From the NCBI GenBank assembly GCA_050273025.1, contig CP158635.1, positions 32,054,001 through 32,118,000 of the forward strand: DNA of 64,000 bases. Direction: 5' to 3'. The stretch's first letter is position 1. The number at the start of each line of letters is the position of its first letter. Position numbers and translations under genes: made by a program. Below, in pieces: positions 28,131 to 41,200 of this stretch. The notes beneath the pieces were generated by a model. That model worked only from the letters and a program-made list of their open reading frames with translations, made no database searches and was not told the origin of the DNA. Origin of the DNA: Cenococcum geophilum. Its lineage: Eukaryota.

Positions 28131-28221
28131 AGGCTATAAGCTTATATACTTTAAGGGGGTGGGAATAGTTATAGTATGTTTAAGCGGTAGAATAAAGATA
28201 ACCTTTATTTTAATACTACTA

Positions 28222-28415
28222 CTCTAGAGCAAAGGCCTGTTATGCTTACTTTTTCTATTTATCCACGCTAGAGCAGAGGCCCGCTATACTTACTCTCTCT
28301 ATCCATCTATACTAGAGCAGAGGCCCGCTATACTTACTCTCTTTGTCTATCTATACTAGAGTAGAGGCCCGCTATACTTACTCTCTCTATCTACCTTACC
28401 CTAGGATAAAGGCCC
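28222..28415. repeat. Tandem ~43-bp repeat
   Basis: About 5 copies of CTAGAGCAGAGGCCCGCTATACTTACTCTCT.. Confidence 0.8.
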
Positions 28416-29290
28416 CCTATACTTATCCTAACCTATAACGCCTTACAGTTAGGCCCTTTTAAGATACCAGCTTTTACTAAAATAAGGTTAAAGCTTGCCT
28501 ACAAAGGATGCCTTATAGTTGGGCCCGCTTAAGATACTAGCTTCTTTACCTATACGGGATCTAAACTAACTAAAATGAGGTTAAAGCTTACCCTATAAAG
28601 GATATGCCGAAGCCGCTATATCTACCCCTCTAACTTAAACCTAGATAAGTAGAATAAGGGCTTTTATAACGCCTTATAGTTGCCTATAAAGGATAACTTA
28701 CGGTTAAGCCTACTTAGGATACCGGCTTTTTTACCTATATAGGATCTAAACTAACTAAAACGAGGTTAAAGCTTACCTATAAAGAGATACTAGTCTCTGC
28801 TATGGCCATTAATCCTATACTATACCTTCTTACGCTATTATACCTAAGCCCCTAGCTCCTAGAGGAGGCGGCGGCGGCCCCTTTAGAAGAAGAGACTAAG
28901 AGGAAGGAGGTAGTAACTGTAAGCCTCTCTAGGACTTACGCCGCTTTAATAGACTGTACTTACTGGAGCGGACTGCTATATAATAGCGAGCACAGGCGTT
29001 ACTAGGCCTACTTATCTGCTAGGAACCCTTTTTAGAGTAGGCCTAGTACTCTTTGTCCCTTACTTAATAAGCTAAGCACTAATCCTTTTTTATAAGCTAC
29101 TTACCTAGCTTTATCTCTATAATCCTCCTAATATAAGTGGTATTCTTAGCGCCTACTAACACTAAGAGGTCTAACTACTATTTGCCTACGACCGTAAGTA
29201 TATAGTTAACAGTGGCCTTTCTGTAGAGGGCCTAGTCCTATAGGAGCCGCTATTAGTCCGCTTATTAGGCGGCCGCAAAACTAGCCTAAG

Positions 29291-32200
29291 TGTTACGGAC
29301 GCTTTAAGTACGATGTTATAACTACTGGGAGAGGAGTCGGAGGAAGCTAGTTGGTTAATACAGGCAAGGTCCAGGATGGAACCAGTGGAACCATATGACG
29401 AGGAATGGTAAGTAAAGTCACGTGATGTAATCTGTGTGATCTGTATAATCTATAAGATCTGCAATAGAGCGAGTAGAGTAGATAGAGCAAATAAAGCAAC
29501 GACTTTCTTAGGAGTACGGTTGTATATTTAAGGACCCTTAGTCCCTACCTAGATAGTTCCTTCCTTATAGTGATTCTTAGAATACAATTAGAGTTAATCT
29601 GTTAGGCAACCACTCTACTAGTTATTATTACGTTGTTAACTTTTGTACTTATATTTCCTATACACCTAGCCTATTAACGAGCCTATTATAGTTCTTGCTA
29701 CAAGGTTCCGTTACATAATCACTACTATGGTTATAGTATTAATATAAGAAGTTAAATAACATGCCACTAAAAGCAGCTACTACAACGCTATTAACAGCAG
29801 CAACTACTTTAAGGACAGGAGGTGATACTAGTATAGTAGATACTAACTTATAGCAACCTATAACGGTCGGATAACTATAGGAGGTAGTTAACTAGCTAAC
29901 AGCTAATAATACAGTATTAGAAGAAAGACTTAACGGGATAGGAGCAGTAAAGATTAAGCTACTATTAATTAAGAGATTTGTAGGAGAGAGGTTAAAGCTT
30001 AAAGGATTTCTTACGTAGATGTACTTTAAGGTCTTATAGAAGGGAGTAAAGTTACCTATACCCACGGATTGGATAGCCTACGTAGGACTATTCTTATTAG
30101 AAAAAGCACTTAAGTGGTTTAAATCTTACCTTACGGAGATATAGGCAAATGGAATAATAACCACTAACTAAGACGTGCGATTTATGTTCTTAAGTTAGGA
30201 AGAATTTATAGAACAATTTACGCAGATGTTTGGAGACCTAGAAGAAATAACTATAGTAGAAAGAAAACTCCAGAACCTTATATAACGAACTTTAGCAATT
30301 AAGTATATAATATAGTTCCAGATACTAGTAATATAAGTAAAGTGGAATAATAGGGCGCTTATAGCATAGTATAAACAGGGACTTAAGGCAAAAGTTTAGG
30401 ACGTAATTATCCTAATAGAAGATATGGACACCCTAAGGGAACTAATAGATTAGGCGATTAAGATTAATAATTGGATCTACTAAAGGGAACAGGCTAAGAG
30501 AGGCTAGGATAGAGTTTTATAGTTATATAAGGCGCAGAGTATATAATAACAAAAGCTAAGTTAGAAACTATAGTATAGCGCAGAGCTAATAGACCTAAGT
30601 GGTACTAAAGAAGCCTATAAGAGATAGAGCAAATTATAAAAACCTAGAGAATAAGGATTAAGTAATTAAAGGTCTAAGGAGTAGAGGCCGAATTAGGGAT
30701 CTTAATAGCAGAAGATATTTAGGCGGACTCTATAGTAAGAGAAATGGTTTAAAAAAGGAGCTTACATAAATTGCGGAAAATAGGGTTATTACGTTAGAGA
30801 CTGTAAAAGTAGGTAGAGTTACTATATAGTAAAAGGTATAAGACTAGTAGATAATATATATGTATAAAGGGATGATAATATACTGCGAAGAATAAAAGAA
30901 TATTTAATTAGGAGTTTTATATTTTGTTATAATAACGTATACTAAATTTATAAGGACGCTAAGTACGGCGTAAGCTATTAGCTATAAGAGCTAGCACCTA
31001 TAGAATATAGAGGAACTAATAAACTAGTTCGCAGATCGGATATTAAGGATGATAAATTTAACTAAGGCGAAATATTCTATAATAATAAGGTAATAAGGGC
31101 CGCTTACTAGGAGTAAGTAGACCTTGGAGATGTTATACTAAAGGTAGAGGATAATTCTACTATAGAATAGGGAATATTAGTAGGGATCGAAACCCCACTA
31201 GATACGATGTTTATTGCTTTATAAGACATAAGAGAAGTAGGACAGTGAACTACTTTAGCACTTAATAAAGGCAAAAGGCCAAAGGCTTAAGATTCTTAAG
31301 ATAAGATAAGAGATAATTAAGATTCTTAAGATGAGATAAGGTAAGCTTAAGGACCTATAACGGACGATAACTAATGGAGTAGAGTAGTAGCTTAGTTTAA
31401 AGATATATGAATAAGCTTAGGACGGAAGTTCCTATAGATATAAGATTTTCAAGATAAAATAAGTAAGATTTAAGACTTTTAAGACGAGATGAGAATATTA
31501 AGTAAGCCTAGTTAGACTAAGGTAAAGGCTAAGCTTAAGTTAGAAGTAAGCTTAGGATTAAGTAATCTAAGGAGTTAAGAATTTGGAGTGTAAATCAGGA
31601 CACCTATAAATAAGAGGTAAGGAGCTTCTTTATAGATTAGGGAATCTACAATATAAATAGTAATTAGACTGGGAGATAGATATATAGACCTAGAAGACTT
31701 ACTAGGGGAATATAGTGTTTAGCCTAAAGATTAAAAAGTTAATACTAGGATTAAAAAGTAAGACGACTTTAAGGATTAAAGCGTAAGGCGTAAACTAAAA
31801 GAAACTATAGAAGAGTTTAGATAAAGAATTATTATATAGTAAGAATAGAAACTAGATAAGAGATCTAGTATATTAGGACGTATAAAGGATAGAGTACTAG
31901 TACGAAGAATTACTAATAGGCTAAGAGTAGGCACACTAAGAGCTAAGTAGCTTACTAAACTAGAAGATAAAGAGGATTTAGGGATTCTAACTAGGTTTAA
32001 AGAACAATATATAAAGGGCTGTTACAATATAGTAATAAGAAGATACTTCCTTATAGATAGACCGTATACACTCTAGCAGCTATATTAAAAGTGGTATAGG
32101 TAAAGGCACAATAACAAGTGGGAAGATTTCTATATATGGTTGGATAAAAAAGTTATTTAAGACCACCTAATTATAGAAAAGGCTATAACGCACATTAAAG

Positions 32201-35200
32201 GAGCCTTAATTATAACGTTAAAGGATTTAGAGGAACGCTTAGAGGACTAGAGAAGTAAGAGACGCATCTTAGTACCTACGAATAAAGTTATAACGTTTAA
32301 ATTAGTATAATAAAGGTTTAAACTCTAGGATAAAGACGAGCTAAGAGTTAACCTAAAGTACCTAGCACACTATACGTTATTATAGATTGCGTGCGTAGAC
32401 AATATATACAAAATGTATAAGAATCTAAAGGAAAAGAATTAGAAATACCCTATAAGGATATACTGGATAATAGATAAGTAATAGTATAAGAATGCTAAAT
32501 ATATATATAGATGGCATCTAGCAAAGATCTAAAAGAAAGGAAGTTTAGTACTTTAACTAAAAAGATTTTTTATAGAAGAATGCTTAGACGGATAATAGTA
32601 GTGGGAATGCCTAGAAAATATATATCTATAGTATATTAAGGATAAAAAGCGAACTAGGTATTGGCTAAAGAATAAGCTAAGTGTACTAGGATTAAGCAGC
32701 TAGTAGTTAGGAAAAATAGAGGCCTACGGGACTAAAGGGAGCTAGTAGTAGAGCCTTAGACCCTTAAAGGAATTTAAGAATAATACCTAAATTTATAAGT
32801 TAATTAGTAAGATTAGCAGTTTAAAGCACTAATAGATAGTAGAGCAATGCGAAACTATATCTTACTAGTAGCAGTTAAGAGAATAGGGCTACCTTATAGA
32901 CAAAAGGAGTAATTTTACCTATTAGTTATAATTTTAGGAGATCTAATAACCTATAAAGGAGGGATTATTAATCTTAAAATAGGACCTATTTAGATAACTA
33001 TTAAAGGAAGATAAATTAAGATATCTTTTAATATTCTACCATTAGAACGGGACAAGGCAGTATTAGGTATGCCTTAGTTATAGGAATATAATCTAAGGAT
33101 TGATTGGATTATAGGTTAGGTCGATATTAGAGATACTTAATGCTATAAGATGCGACAATAAGCTAAGTTGGTATAGTACTAAGTAGGAGCAACTTATAAA
33201 GAAATAGAAAAAGGACTAAGTTATATACTAAAGAGATACTATAAATACGGTAAGAAACTATAGTCACCAGAAAGTAAGAAGCTATTAGAGTATATAGTAT
33301 GGGACTATAAGATAGAATTAGAACTAGGAATAAGTTTAAGGTTCTTTCCAATCTATAAGCTTACCAAAGAAGAAGGTAGAGCGTTAAAAGAGTTTATTTA
33401 AAAAAATCTATAAAAGGGATATATTAGACCATTATAGTTATTAGCGGGTTATCTAGTACTATTTATACTAAAGAAGAATGGCAAACTAAGGCTATATATT
33501 GACTATAGACAGTTAAACAGCATTACTAGGAAGGATAGATATCCTTTACCCTTAATTAGCGAAATCTAAGATAGGATAGATAATACGTAAATCTTTATAA
33601 AGATAGATCTGAGATAGGCGTACTATTAGATTAAGATTAAGGAAGGCAATAAATAGAAAGTAGCCTTTAGGTTAAAGGAAGGACTATATAAACCATTAGT
33701 TATATAATTTAGGCTTATAAATATACTAGCAACGTTCTAGAAGCGTATTAACAGTATATTAGAAGAATACTTAGATAAATTTATTATAGTATATTTTAAC
33801 GATATTATTATCTACTTAATAACTAAGGAAGAATATGGGGAATATGTTAAATAGGTCTTAAAGAGACTATAAGAAGAACAGATGCTAGTAGCAATTAAGA
33901 AATGCGAATTCTTCACTAGGAAGACCAATTTTATTAGATTTATTATTAAACTAGGCTAACTTAGTATAGATCTAAAGAAGATTAAGGCTATAGTAAATTG
34001 GTAGGAACTAGAGAATATTATATAGTTAAGATTGTTTTTAGGGTTTTACAATTACTATAAAAGGTTTATAGCGCAGTAGTTAAAGGATATTAAGCCATTT
34101 ACGTGGTTAATAAAGAAAGAAGAATTATAGGTATAGGGAGAGGAGCAAAGAGAACTCTTTAAGAAAGTTAAAGAGTTATTTACCCAGGAGCTAGTTCTTA
34201 AGATCTATTAACTAGGACTAGAGACGGTTATAAAGATAGATATATTAAACTATATACTAGGGGCGTACTTTATATAAAGATATTAAAATAGATAGCACCT
34301 AGTGGCATACTATAGTTAGAAGATAATACTACTAGAGTTAAACTATAATATTTATAATAAGGAGTTATTAGGTATAGTTATAGTATTAAAGAAATAGAGA
34401 GCATTCTTACAAGGTATAAAGAAACTATTTATAGTTAAGATGGATTATAAGAACCTAATAGGATTCCTAATAATAAAGGAACTTAACTAAAGATAGGTTA
34501 GATGGGCAGAGATACTTACGGAATACTATTTTAAGATTTAGTATACTAAAGGTATAGACAATACGCAGGCAGATGCTCTAAGCTGTAAAGCTAAACTATA
34601 AAATAAGGAGAAGCCATTAGGGGCTTTATTGCGAAAAGATATAGACGGATTAATTAGGTACAATTATCCGAAAATTATAGTAACTTAAGAAGATAATAAA
34701 CTAAAGAAAGTTTACAAGATACTGGAAAGCTTTTAGGTATAAAGAATTCTAGAAATATAGCTAGAAGATCTATAGACGGATATATATAAAAACCGAGAAG
34801 TAAAGTATATCCTAAGAAGTATAGTAGAGTAGTTTATAGAAGACTTCTATAAGGGACCAATTTAAGGACACAATGGAGCTAAAGGCTTAGTGTTAAAACT
34901 TTAGGAGGAATATATTATTAATAGAATTTAGAGGATAGCTAAAAAGGTTATAAAGGAATATCTAGATTGCTAAAGAAATAAACTAATAAGGCATAAGCTA
35001 TATAGAGGGCTATAACCTATTAAAATACTAAAGAGACTATAGGAGGTTATATTATGGGACTTTATTATTAAGTTACTAAAATTAAAAGATCCTATTACCG
35101 GACAAAATTATAACGCGATCTTAGTAATAGTAGATAAGCTTATAAAGTGGGGATACTTTATAGCATGTATAGAAGAAATCTTAGCGGAAGATATTGCTAG

Positions 35201-38200
35201 AATCTATGTTAAAGAAGTATTTGTAAGGTATAGAGCACTAAGTAAAATTATATTAGATAGGGATCTAAGATTTATAGCAGCATTTTAGGAAGTGTTTTTA
35301 GCGAAGTAAGGAGTTTAAGTAGTAACTTCTACCGTATATTATCCGTAGACAGATAGTTAAATAAAAAGGTTAAATTAGACGCTAGAGTAGTATCTAAGGC
35401 ATTATATTAACTATGTATAGAATAATTGGGTATCGCTATTATTAGTTATATAGTTTACATACAATATAACACCTTAAGAAGGAATAGGCATATTACTATT
35501 TAAGGCAAATTATAGATATAAGCTAAGAATATTGTTATTACTATAGTAAGTAAAGAAAATAAGTAGTATAGCTAAAGAAAGAATAAAGACGTTAATAAAT
35601 CTTTATATAGACCTTATAAAATTAGTAAAGAAAGTATAAGAGAGAATAAAAAAGTACTATAATGCTAAGAGATCTAAGGGACTAGATCTTAAGGAGGGAA
35701 ATAAAGTATGGCTACTATACAAAAATTTTAAGAGTTAACGATTAAGTAAGAAGTTGGACTATGTTAAACTAAGACCTTTTAAAATTATATAGAGGATTTC
35801 ATTGGTTACGTTTAAGTTAAACCTACTAGCTAAAATAAAGATCTACCCTATATAGTATATCGCAATGCTAGAGCTAGTATATAGAAATGTTAAGCTATTG
35901 GTTTATAAAGTAGATACGTATAGAGGATAAGAAGAAGATAAATAGCAAGTTTTAAAGATTGTTAATTATAAGGATATTAATAATAAAATATAGTACAAAG
36001 TAAAGTAGATAGGCTATACTAAGACTACCTAGGAGCTATTAGAAAATTTGAAAAACGCTATAGGAAAGGTATAGGAGTATTGGAAGAAATTAGGTTAGGT
36101 AGTATTAATAAAGAAGGATTGTTAAAGAATGAGTTACCTAAGGGGGACCTAAGAAGAGCAGTTACTAAACTACTTAGATCTATTTTCTTCTCTATTAAAG
36201 GAGAATCCGTTCTTTTATTACCTAGTTCCTATAGACCTTATTTTATAAGTTTCTACTTTTTAGAATAAACCTTCTTACGAACCTTCTTAAGACAAAGTGT
36301 TACGGACGCTTTAAGTACGATATTACGACTACTTAGAGAAGAGATAGAAGAAGCTAGTTAGTTAATTTAGGCACGGTCTAGAATAGAGCCGATAGAACTA
36401 TGTAATGAGGAATAGTAACTAAGGTCATATAATATGCTACGTATTAAACGAGAGGAACAAGAGGAACTTACGTACCTTATATATAAGACGTATATTATAT
36501 ACAAGAAGGATTTTATAGGAGTACGGTTATATATTTAAGGACCCTTAGTCCCTACCTAGATAGTTCCTTCCTTATAGTAATTTTTAGAATATAATTAGAG
36601 TTAATCTATTAGGCAACCACTCCACCAGTTATTATTACGTTATTAACTTTTATACTTGCATTTCCTACACACCTAGCCTATTAACGAGCCTATTGTAGTT
36701 CCTACTATAAGGTTCCGTTATACAATTACTACTATAGTTACGGTATTAATACAAGAAGTTAAATAACATACTACTAAAAGCAGCTACTATAACGCTATTA
36801 ATAGCAGCAACTACTTTAAGGACAGGAGGTAATACTAGTATAGTAGATACTAACTTATAGCAACCTATAACGGTTAGATAACTATAGGAAATAGTTAACT
36901 AGCTAATAGCTAATAATGTAGTATTTAAAGAAAGATTTAACAGGATAGGAGCAGTAAAGATTAAGCTACTATTAATTAAGAGATTTATAGGAGAGAGGTT
37001 AAAGCTTAAAGGATTCCTTATATAGATATACTTTAAGGTCTTATAGGAGGGAGTAAAGTTACCTATATCTATAGATCGGATAGCCTACGCAGGACTATTC
37101 TTATTAGGAAAAGCACTTAAGTAGTTTAAACCTTACTTTACGGAGATATAGGTAAATAGAATAACGACCACTAACCAAGATGTGCAATTTATATTCTTAA
37201 GTTAGGAAGAATTCGTAGAATAACTTATATAGATATTTAGAGACCTAAAAGAAATAACTATAGTGGAAAGAAAACTCCAGAACCTTGTGTAACAAACTTT
37301 AGTAATTAAGTATATAATATAGTTCTAGACACTAGTAATATAAGTAGAGTGGAATAATAGGGCGCTTATAGCATAGTATAAATAAGGACTTAAGGCTAAA
37401 GTCTAAGATATAATTATCCTAATAGAAGATGCGGATACCCTAAGGGAACTAATAGATTAGGTAATTAAGATTAACAATTAAATCTACTAAAGGGAATAGG
37501 CTAAGAGAAGCTAGGATAGAGTTCTATAGTTATATAAGGCGCAAAGTACATAACAATAAAAGCTAAGTTAAAAGCTATAGTATGGCGCAGAGCTAATAAA
37601 CTTAAGTAGTACTAAAGAAGCCTATAAGAGATAGAGCAAACTATAGAAACCTAGAGGATAAGGATTAGGTAATTAAAGGTCTAAGGAGTAGAGGCTAAAT
37701 TAGGGATCTTAATAGCAGAAGATATTTAGGCGGACTCTATAGTAAGAGAAATAGTTTAAAAAAGGAGCTTATATAAATTGCGGAAAATAGGGTTATTACG
37801 TTAAAGACTATAGAAGTAGGTAGAGTTACTATATAGTAAAAGGTACGAGACTAGTAGACAATATATACGTATAAAGGGACAATAATATACTATAAGGAAT
37901 AAAAGAATGTTTAATTAGAAGTTTTACGTTTTGTTATAATAACATATGCCAAATTTATAAGGATGCTAAGTATAGTATAAGCTATTAGCTATAAGAGCTA
38001 GCACCTATAAAATACAGAGGGACTAATAAACTAGTTCGCAGATTGGATATTAAGGACGATAAATTCAACCTAGGCGAAATATTCTATAACGATAAGGTAA
38101 TAAGGGCCGCTTACTAGGAGCAAGTAGACCTCAGAGATATTATACTAAAGGTAGAGGATGATTTTACTACAGAATAGGGAATATTAGTAGGGATTAAAAC

Positions 38201-41200
38201 CCTACTAGATATAATATTTATCGCTTTATAAGATATAAGAGAAGTAGGATAGCGAACTACTTCAGTATTTAATAAAGGTAAAAGGCTAAAGGCTTAAGAT
38301 TCTTATAGCGAGATAAGAGATAATTAAGATTCTTAAAACAAGATAAGGTAAGCTTAAGGACCTATAATAGACAATAACCAATAGAGCAGAGTAGTAGCTT
38401 AGTTTAAAGATATACAAATGAGCTTAGGATAGAAGTTCCTATAAATACAAGATTCTTAAGACAAGATAAGTGAGATTTAAGACTCTTAAGACGAGATAAG
38501 AACACTAAGTAAGCCTAGTTGGACTAAGGTAGGAGCTAAGCTTAAGTTAGAAGTAAGCTTAGGATTAAGTAATCTAAGGAGTTAAGAATTTAAAGTATAA
38601 ATTAGGACACCTATAGATAAGAGGTAAGGAGCTTCTTTATAAATTAGAGAATCTATAGTATAAATAGCGATTAGATTAGGAGACAGATATATAGACCTAG
38701 AAGACTTACTAGGGGAATATAGTGTTTAGCCTAAAGATTAAAAGGTTAATACTAGGATTAAGAAGTAAGATAACTTTAAGGATTAAAGCGTAAGGCGCAA
38801 ACTAAAAGAAACTATAAAAGAGTTTAGATAAAGAATTATTATATAGCAAGAATAGAAACTAGATAAGAGATTTAGCATATTAGGACGTATAAAGGATAGA
38901 GTACTAGTACAAAGAATTACTAATAGGCTAAGAGTAGGCACACTAAGAGCTAAGTGGCTTACTAAATTAGAAGACAAAGAGAATCTAGGGATTTTAACTA
39001 GGTTTAAAGAACAATATATAAAGGGCTATTATAACGTAGTAATAAGAAGATACTTCCTTATGGACAGACCGTATATACTTTAGTAGCTATACTAAAAGTG
39101 GTATAGGTAGAGGCATAATAATAAGTGGGAAGATTTCTATATATAGTTAGATAAAAAAGTTATCTAAAACCACCCAATTATAGAAAAGGCCATAACGTAT
39201 ATTAAAGGAGCCTTAATTATAATATTAAAGGATTTAAAGGAACGCTTAGAGGACTAGAGGAGTAAAAAACGCATTTTAGTACCTATAAATAAAGTTATAA
39301 CGTTTAGATTAGTATAATAAAGGTTTAAACTTAGGGATAAAGATAAACTAAGAGTTAACCTAAAGCACCTAGCATACTATACGTTATTATAGATTGCGTG
39401 CGTAGATAATATATACAAAATATATAAGAATCCGAAGGAAAAGAATTAGAAATACCCTATAAGGATATACTAAATAACGGATAAGTAATAGTATAGGAAT
39501 GCTAAATATATGCATAGATGGTATCTAGCAGAAGTCTAAAAGGAAGGAAGTTTAGTACTTTAACTAGAAAGATTTCTTACGGAAGAATACTTAGATAGAT
39601 AATAGTAGTAGAAATGCCTAAAAAATATGTGTCTATAGTATATTAAAGATAAAAAGCGAACTAGGTATTAGCTAAAGAGTAAGCTAAGTATACTAGGATT
39701 AAGTAGCTAATAGTTAGGAAAAGTAGAGGCCTATAGGACTAGAGGGAGCTAGTAGTAGAGCCTTAGACCCTTAAAGGAATTTAAGGATAATACCTAAATT
39801 TACGAGTTAATTAGTAAGATTAGCAGTTTAAAGCGTTAATAGATAGTAGAGTAATACAAAACCATATCTTACTAGTAGTAGTTAAGAGAATGGGGCTACC
39901 TTATAAATAAAAGGAGCAATCTTACCTATTAGTTACAATTTTAGGAGATCTAATAACCTATAGAGGAGGGATTATTAATCTTAAAACAGGACCTATTTAA
40001 ATAACTATTAAAGGAAGATAAATTAAGATATCTTTTAATATCCTACTATTAGGATAGGACGAGGCAGTATTAGGTATGCCTTAGTTATAAAAATATAATC
40101 TAAGAATTAATTAGATTATAGGTTAGGTTAATATTAGAGATACTTAATACCGTAAAATATAATAATAAGCCAAGTTGGTATAGTACTAAGTAGGAGTAAC
40201 CTATAAAGAAATAGAGAAAGGACTAAGTTATATACTAAAGAGATACTATAAATATGGTAAGAAACTATGGTTACCGGAAAGTAAAAAGCTATTAGAGTAT
40301 ATAGCATAGAACTATAAGATAGAGTTAAAACTAGGAATAAGTCTAAAGTTCTTTCTAATTTATAAGCTTACTAAAGAAGAGGGTAGAGCGTTAAAAGAGT
40401 TTATTTAGGAAAATTTATAAAAGGGATATATTAGACTATTGCAGTTATTAGCAGGTTATCCAGTACTATTTATACTAAAGAAAAATAGCAAACTAAGGCT
40501 GTGTATTAACTATAAATAGTTAAACAGTATTACTAGGAAGGATAGATATCCTTTACCCTTAATTAGTAAAATCTAAGATAAAATAGGCAATACGCAAATC
40601 TTTATAAAGATAGATCTAAGATAGGCGTACTATTAGATTAAGATTAAGGAAGGTAATAAATAGAAAGTAGCCTTTAGGTTAAAGGAAGGACTATATAAAC
40701 TATTAGTTATGCAATTTAGGCTTATAAATGCACTAGTAACGTTTTAGAAGCGTATTAATAGTATATTAGGAGAATACTTAGATGAATTTATTATAGTATA
40801 TCTTAATAATATTATTATCTACTTAATAACTAAGGAAGAACACGAGGAATATATTAAATGGGTTTTAAAGAGACTATAAGAAGAACAGATGCTAGTAGCA
40901 ATTAAGAAATATAAATTCTTTACTAGGAAGACCGATTTTATTAGATTTATTATTAAACTAGGCTAACTTAGTATAGATCTAAAGAAGATTAAGGCTATAG
41001 TAAATTAGTAGGAACTAGAGAACGTTATATAGTTAAGATTATTTTTAGGGTTTTACAATTACTACAAAAGGTTTATAGCGTAGTAGTTAAAGGATATTAA
41101 GCCATTTACGCGGTTAATAAGGAAAGAAGAACTATAGGTATAAGGAGAGGAGCAAAAAGAACTCTTTAAAAAAGTTAAAGAGTTGTTTACCTAGGAGCTA

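Noticed and set aside
27770..28415. Regularly spaced repeats resembling a CRISPR array
   Set aside because: Head-to-tail degenerate repeats without unique spacers, no cas genes, eukaryotic context
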